Positions 57,290 through 64,000 of a stretch of 64,000 bases of DNA are shown one piece after another. A model generated the notes under the pieces. It was not told the DNA's origin, made no database searches, and worked only from the letters and a program-made list of their open reading frames with translations. This DNA comes from Eledone cirrhosa (lineage: Eukaryota), in contig OZ024741.1 in the NCBI GenBank assembly GCA_964016885.1, positions 345,836,001 through 345,900,000 of the forward strand, written 5' to 3'. Within the stretch, counting starts at the first letter, position 1. Each line of letters begins with the position of its first letter. The translations under genes and the position numbers were made by a program.

Positions 57290-59794
57290 AGTGAGGGTAA
57301 CCTTGAGACTGTGATAGGAAAACTCCAAGATAAGAAAACACAAGGAAGAGACATGATTGTCGACTACTGGTACAAACTACTAATATTCTATCGGAGGTAT
57401 CTTACTGACCTCTACCAACAAGTTCTTAAGGGAGATACACTTATACCAGAATGGTTGACATTAGCACAAACATTACTGGTCCCCAAGAACAAAGACACCC
57501 ACTTGGCAAAAAACTACCGACCCATTGCATGCCAGAACCTGATGTATAAGATGTATACAGCCTGCCTGAACCTATTCCTCCAAGATTACTGTGAAAATAA
57601 TAACATCATCACAGATGAACAAGCAGCTGGAAAGAAAGGGGTTTGGGGATGTGCTGAACAACTCCTAATCAACAAAACTGCGATGTCGGAGGTGCGACAA
57701 CTTAGGAGGAATATGACTACAGTCTGGCTGGACTACAGGAAAGCTTTCGATTCTGTTCCCCACTCTTCGATGATAGAGGCCCTCCAACTTGCTAAAGTCC
57801 CAGACATTATTGTCAGAGCCATAGAGAGGCTGTCTTCTTCTTGGGCTACTATCCTAAGGTTAAAGACAGAGAGGGAGGACTCTATTTTCACTGATAAAAT
57901 AAAATATTGCAGGAGTATATTTCAGGGGGACAGTCTCTCTATGATATTGTTCATCTTGTCATTAAACCCCTTGTCCTTTCTGCTCAAGAAATGTGAGGGA
58001 TACACCATTGGCTCACAGGAGGACAGAAATACGAACCTAACCCATAATTTCTTTGTGGACGATCTGAAACTCTATGCCAAGAACATGGATGGGATGAAGA
58101 AAAATCTTGACCTGGTTACAACGTTCTCAAAGGATGTAGGAATGGAGTTTAGCTGTAAAGCGGGGAAAAACAACAACCCAATCTAGCAACATTGTCATCA
58201 ATGGTCTAACTGTTTCACCGATATCTGATGAGGACTGCTACAGATACCTGGGGATAGATGAGAACATATCCTATAATGGTATCTGTAATAAAGAACGCGC
58301 AACCAGGGAATACTACACCCGATTAAGAAAGATCTGGTCATCGGAACTCTCTGCGCAAAACAAAACAGTGGCTCACAATGTGTTTGCTGTGCCTGTCCTA
58401 ACACCAACGTTTGGAATACTCAATTGGACGATAGATGAAATCCGAACAGTTGATGTTGGAACTCGAAAAATACTGAACAACACCGAAAACATCCACATCA
58501 ACAGTGACATAGACCGCTTTACTTGAAACGTAAGCAGGGAGGCAGAGGCCTAGCATCAGTCCAGACAACATTTGAATGTCGCATCATATCTCTCCGACAA
58601 CATCTACGAACCTCGAAGCGTAGGAGCCCGTTTCTCGAACAAGTCTATCTGCATGAAACAGATAAGATCATGAGAGTTGGGAAGGAACGCCTTGAGAGAT
58701 ATTCCCTGTGTGATAATCAAAAACTCACACCCAGGGATGTCGCTCAGCAGTATCGCAGTGAATCCATGGATGAAAAACTGCATGCCTATCAGCAAAAAAT
58801 AATGCATGGATATGTTGCCAGGAAGCTCCAGAGTGAGAGTAATATAGATAAGGAAAGTAGTCTATCTTGGACCAACAACCGCTATATTGGCTCCCATTTT
58901 GAACGATACGCTTTTGCAATCCAGGAACAGGAGATTAGCACGAAATACCTGATTCACAAAAGAGATAGGGATCCAGGCAAAACACCTAGATGTGATAACA
59001 AGTGCAGACTCTGCAGAACTAACATCGAGGATATCGCCCATGTCATCAGCAGCTGTCCAAAGATGTCATCGCGGTACTATCTACCTATGAGGCATGATGT
59101 AGTGGCCAAAACACTGTACAATGCAGTTCGTAAAAAAGATAGTCCCGATAATAAACACATTAAAAGCTACAGCAATGTGGAAGACATCCATGTACATAAT
59201 ATGAAAGAGTACTGGTGGAATGTTCCAGTAAAAACCCCAATAAAATGCAGGCATAACAGATCAGATATTATGATATGGGACAGGGAGAAGAAAGCATGCA
59301 CAGCAGATGCCAATATAATATCAAAGATTAGTGAAAATGAGAATATTTATGCAGAACTGATGAGAAATCTGCAGATACTCCACCCTGATTACAGCTTCAA
59401 ATTTATGCCTGTGATTATTGTGGCACTGGGATATGTTTGTAACTGCCTCAATACAAATCTTGTGAAGCTAGGCTTCACAGGAACAGAAAGAACACAACTA
59501 GTTAGGAAATTACAAGTACAATCCATTAATGGAACAGTAAAAATTTGTAAAACTTTCCAAAAATGTTGAATCTAATAACTGCATATACACATATACAGAT
59601 GCAAAGCATATACACATGCACACATACAACTAAAAAAATACACATTCACACATACAATAACATCCATATCTACACATGCATGCATACATACATACCTACC
59701 TAGTTGATGTTGTTTAAATTCCAATGAGTGTCTATGTTAGAAACCGACTCTCTCTCTATCGGTAAAACTTTGAGAAATTATAAAACCAGAAGAA
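57290..59794 (+). mobile_element. R4/Dong-like non-LTR retrotransposon (RT, CCHC, REL endonuclease), 5'-truncated, in (TACA)n
   Basis: NYRPIAC, WLDYRKAFDSVPH, IFQGDSLS, FVDDLKLY, CRLC...HVISSC, RHD, RSDIMIWD. Frameshifts present. (TACA)n on both flanks. Confidence 0.88.
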
Positions 59795-60854
59795 CATACA
59801 TACATACACATATACATATTAGAAAAACATAACACACCATTCCCCAGAATATAAGCCCAGCAATTCAGCTAAGTAGATTGTACGAATATCTCTTCTTTAG
59901 AAAAATATTTCATATTTAAACAATATTTAGACAATATATTCTCCGACAATACAATTTCATCGCTTCTACTCTCGCTAGTTTAAAATGCTTTTATCGTTAC
60001 TCATCTAGCTGACTCCATGAATTATATAACAGCTTCAATTACTCTCAACATCCCCCAATCTTATTAAGATTCATTGACTATTTATTAATTATTTATTACT
60101 CATACTTCTCATCACTTTCTTTGCTATTATCCTTGATTTTTCCCAAGTTTACTTCTTAAGAAAATATGATTTTATTTATTAATTCGTTTATTTTGAGTTA
60201 TTTGTATTTACGGGTCAAAGCTGTCCTGTTATATGTAGAACCTCCATATAGATATTATGAGCTACTGATGATGGGAAAACATAAAAATAAAGTAGTGATA
60301 CACTCATTCACAGAATTATATCTAGAAGATAAATTTATATAATCAGATAATTCCAATGAAGAGGGTAAAATAAAATGATGAGAGAGAGAAAACTACGTAT
60401 GATAATATTCTCAAGAAAATGTTGTATTCAATCAGGCTAACTTAAATGTTGTTGTCAGGGTTGTTATGAAGCTAACAATAAGGTAATTATGGTAAGTTGA
60501 TAAAATATGAAAATAACGGAATAATGATGATTACATAAAATAAGATAAAGTGATTTCAGCTCTGATAAATTAAATATGCTCGTAAATATTGTGTTGAAGA
60601 AGACGCAATTGTGAGAAAGAAATCTCGTTGATATAAAAATATTAAACTATTTTAAACAATTTAGAGTAAGTTGAAATTTCAGAGAAAAGTAAAGAGAAAA
60701 ACAATAAAGTTTTAAAATAAATTGAATGCCTATAAATGACATTGAGTTACGGAATACTTAAAATGTTACTTGTTAAATAGGCGGCGTTATAAAACAGTCG
60801 GAAGAGAAATAGGCATGTACACTGTAATGCTTCTTTAAATATATGCAGTGAAGT

Positions 60855-61241
60855 AATTGTTTCTACTTTTGACACAAGGCCAGCAATTACCCAGTACATT
60901 ACTGGTACTTTATTTCATCGACCCCGTAAGGACGAAAGGCAAAGTTAACCTCGGCGGGATTTGAATTCAGTCCGTAAAGGGACGTAACTCTATACTACAA
61001 AGCATGGTGTCCAACCCTCTACTGATTCTGGCAATTCACCGAGATAAAAAATAATTGTTTCTACTTTTGGCACAAGGCTAGCAATTACCCAGTGCATTAC
61101 TGGTACTTTATTTTATCGACCCCATAAGGATGAAAGGCAAAGTTAACTTCGGTGGGATTTGAACTCAGATCGTAAAGGGACGTAACTCTATACTGGAAAG
61201 CATGGCGTCCGACCTTCTACCGATACTGCCAATCCACCGCC
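60855..61241 (-). mobile_element. Two tandem SINE family A copies
   Basis: 60855-61041 and 61052-61241. Confidence 0.85.
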
Positions 61242-62566
61242 CTTGTAGCGAAATATGTAGTGAAATAATCGTAAGATATATGTGGGTACAATACTATACT
61301 GGGACTTCTTTGTGGAGTCCTCAACCCCCAAACATCGATGATAATAGTAAGAAGGGCAATTGCCATTGGGAGAATGTCCTACTTGAAAAATTAACAGGTT
61401 TAAAATACCTCTTTTAAAGTTATTTTTATTGTTAGAAACTTGAAACTAAATCTCAGTGGTGGTTAAAAGAAGGCTTTGAGAATAATATTCTATAGGTTTT
61501 AGAAGTATATCTTATCACTGTTTATGTAAGATTTAAAAATATATATTCAATTTAATGATATAGAAGACGTTCTAAATAAAATGCCATATAAATCGCGAAG
61601 GACCTGTCTCTACGCTGCTAGTTTGGTAACAGAAGTTTTGTATATGTTACTGATTAAGAGTAGGGTGATGAATAATATAGATTGGGTGTTCCTTTTAACG
61701 GTTACTGTAAAGAAGCTCCAATGAAGAATTATAAACTTGTGTTTTAAAGCTGAAAAGGTAAGTTTAGGTAGATTGATGTAGACCAACAATTTGTGAAAGA
61801 TATTTCAATAAAATCTGTGTTGAAAACTTTCAGATATTTTTGTTAAGAAGGGAAATGATTTTTTATGAATTCAAAATAGAAAATTTGAACCAAACGTTTT
61901 ACATGAGATGTTTTTTTAAACTAGATGGCTAGTTTCTTTCTACGTATTTATGGTGTAAATTGTTGTAATCATGTTTCATGTCGTCAGAAAACCAGTACCG
62001 TTTGCCTAAAATATTGCTAAAATATTTTGAGGCCTCATTGCAAGCTATTCCTTTGAAGGCATTGAAGAGGTGCAGTAAAAATGTTCCTCATTCTTGCATG
62101 AAATAGAGCAATCCATTGGCTTTCTTTATTACATGTAATAATGAGCGTTTCGTGAGCGGAGCTCCTCCAGAGAATCATATATATTATCTCATCTCAGAAT
62201 TTCTGATTAGTGGCAAGGTGAGGCTTGTCCAGAGGCATAGTATAAATATAGTGGATGAACAGAGCGAATGAGATATCTCTGCGTGTTCTACATTGCACGT
62301 TCCAAACCTAAATTGCTAGTTATCACTTTTCCATGCGATGAAAACTGACCAGCTATGGTTGGGCTTCTGAGTTTCTTCTGCACAATCTGATGGAAATCTA
62401 GTCTTCGTTATGTAGAGTGATGAATTGTTAAGAACTAGAGCTGAGAGTTTAAAACATACATATAATGTACACCCACACACAAGCAGTCACATACATTCGG
62501 GCAAGCGCACACGCGCACACACACGCGCAAACACAAAAAATTAACCTTTTATGCATGAACAACAGA

Positions 62567-62649
<83 letters not shown>

Positions 62650-63150
62650 CTTCTTCTTCTTCTTCTTCTTCTTCTTCTTCACCCACTTATTCTTGGAAGG
62701 GTATCGGAACAGCGTCCTCAAGCACGCCTCCTAGCCGATCCTCTCAGAAACAACCGTCTCGAATTGATCAAGTGAGATCAGTCGAGTTCATGGATTTTAT
62801 CCAACTCCCTTGTTCTGGGTATCTTGTCGGTTGACTTTACCTGTAAAATCTGTCCAGTGATTCTTTCCTGAGACATTCTAACCCCATGGCCGTAGTATCG
62901 GAGATGTGATCTCTCAATTCGGAGAGTAGCGAGGCTACCTGGAGCGACTCTCTCATTAGCGAGTTTCGCACTCTATAGAGTAACTTTAATAGAAAGACCC
63001 TTCAGAGGAACCACCATTTCGGCCGCTTGTATTCGCGCTCGTAATCTTTTGATTATTGCCTAAGATTCATGTAGGGTAGGTATAAACACAGAATTGAAGA
63101 TAGCGTGTTTGGTTTTCAGATCTACTTCCGTTCTGGTGACTGAGTGCTGC
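62567..63150 (-). mobile_element. RTE-clade LINE 3' fragment with (GAA)n/(TAG)n tail
   Basis: Reverse complement aligns with 48670-49110. Confidence 0.8.
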
Positions 63151-64000
63151 TACTTTAAATGTAAACACATATTAGAACGTCACCAAGCTCAGGCGGTCAC
63201 TCGTACACATGCGTGATACTTCTGTAATTTCTTGGTAGTAGAATAAGGAATTAATAGGAATAAACTTGTTTTTGGTTAGTATGTGCAATGAAAAATATTA
63301 TTTACTATAACAGTTAGTTAATCTGCAAGATCTCTTTGTTTCGTGTTTAACAGCTATACCGTCATTCTGACCTAAATAAAAATTTATCGTTTACTTACAC
63401 ACGATAGGAGAAATGACAGTTTAATGTTAATCATTAGCAGTCTATTAAATGAAGACGCATCGGAATTATCATTATCGTCTTTGGAACAGTACCCAAAATA
63501 AACATTACTTAAAAGTTATTTTATTGCCAATTAGGACCTGAAGTAAAATAAAGTAATTTTAAAACCTGAACTCATAAATATTTCGTAAATTTTAACTCCA
63601 AGGTGGATTATGTCTAAAAGCTATATTTTATTGATAGTAACACCTTGCATGATTACATTGGAAAGTCCACAAAAATCTTGCTGTAAATTACTGTTCAGTG
63701 GTTGATGTAAAAAAATCGGTATATAGAGCTGTATCACTGCAATTTCTCATTTCTTATTGGGTCGTCAAATAGGAAATTTGTAGAAAAAAAAGAAATTTCT
63801 ACAAATTTCATACTTGACGGCTCAATATTGGCATTTGCTGTCCTCGTCATCGTCAATTTCATATCACGTTGTTCTTCCTATAAATTTCACATTTTGATAG
63901 CTTCTATCTGAACACAATACCCCAAAATCTATCACGATATCGTACGGATAATCCATGCACAAAGCCCCATTTCCTGGATGATTTGCCTCTCATGAAAGGA

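Noticed and set aside
58224-58240. CTGATGA here and at 8650, 21568 and 60265 as hammerheads
   Set aside because: No convincing stem II, GAAA, UH and stem I arrangement. The 58224 match lies in LINE coding sequence.

Overview
AT-rich animal genomic DNA with no confidently identifiable host gene. The repeat landscape (long (TA)n, (CA)n and (TACA)n tracts, two tRNA-derived SINE families) suggests an octopus or other cephalopod; this is inference only. Most ORF-track entries are microsatellite artefacts. The window is a dense pile of mobile elements, dominated by more than 20 insertions from roughly 10 or more families of Penelope-like retroelements (PLEs; RT plus GIY-YIG) sitting in (TA)n tracts. 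Many share one architecture: two inverted 3'-end arms, one stopping at a family-fixed short end and the other carrying a 55-110 nt tail, with a variable apex, down to about 100-bp tail-plus-hairpin remnants. Most families carry a type I hammerhead ribozyme fold that can be read by eye, including copy-conserved core variants (UUGAAAA with a U3:A8 pair; CAGAAGA). There are inter-family PLE chimeras and a piece of nearby DNA copied into one PLE. Also present: two mariner/Tc1 derivatives, two Helitron derivatives, an R4/Dong-like LINE in (TACA)n, RTE and L1/Tx1 fragments, and a 1.9-kb (GGT)n array. All folds and alignments were done by eye and none was computed.
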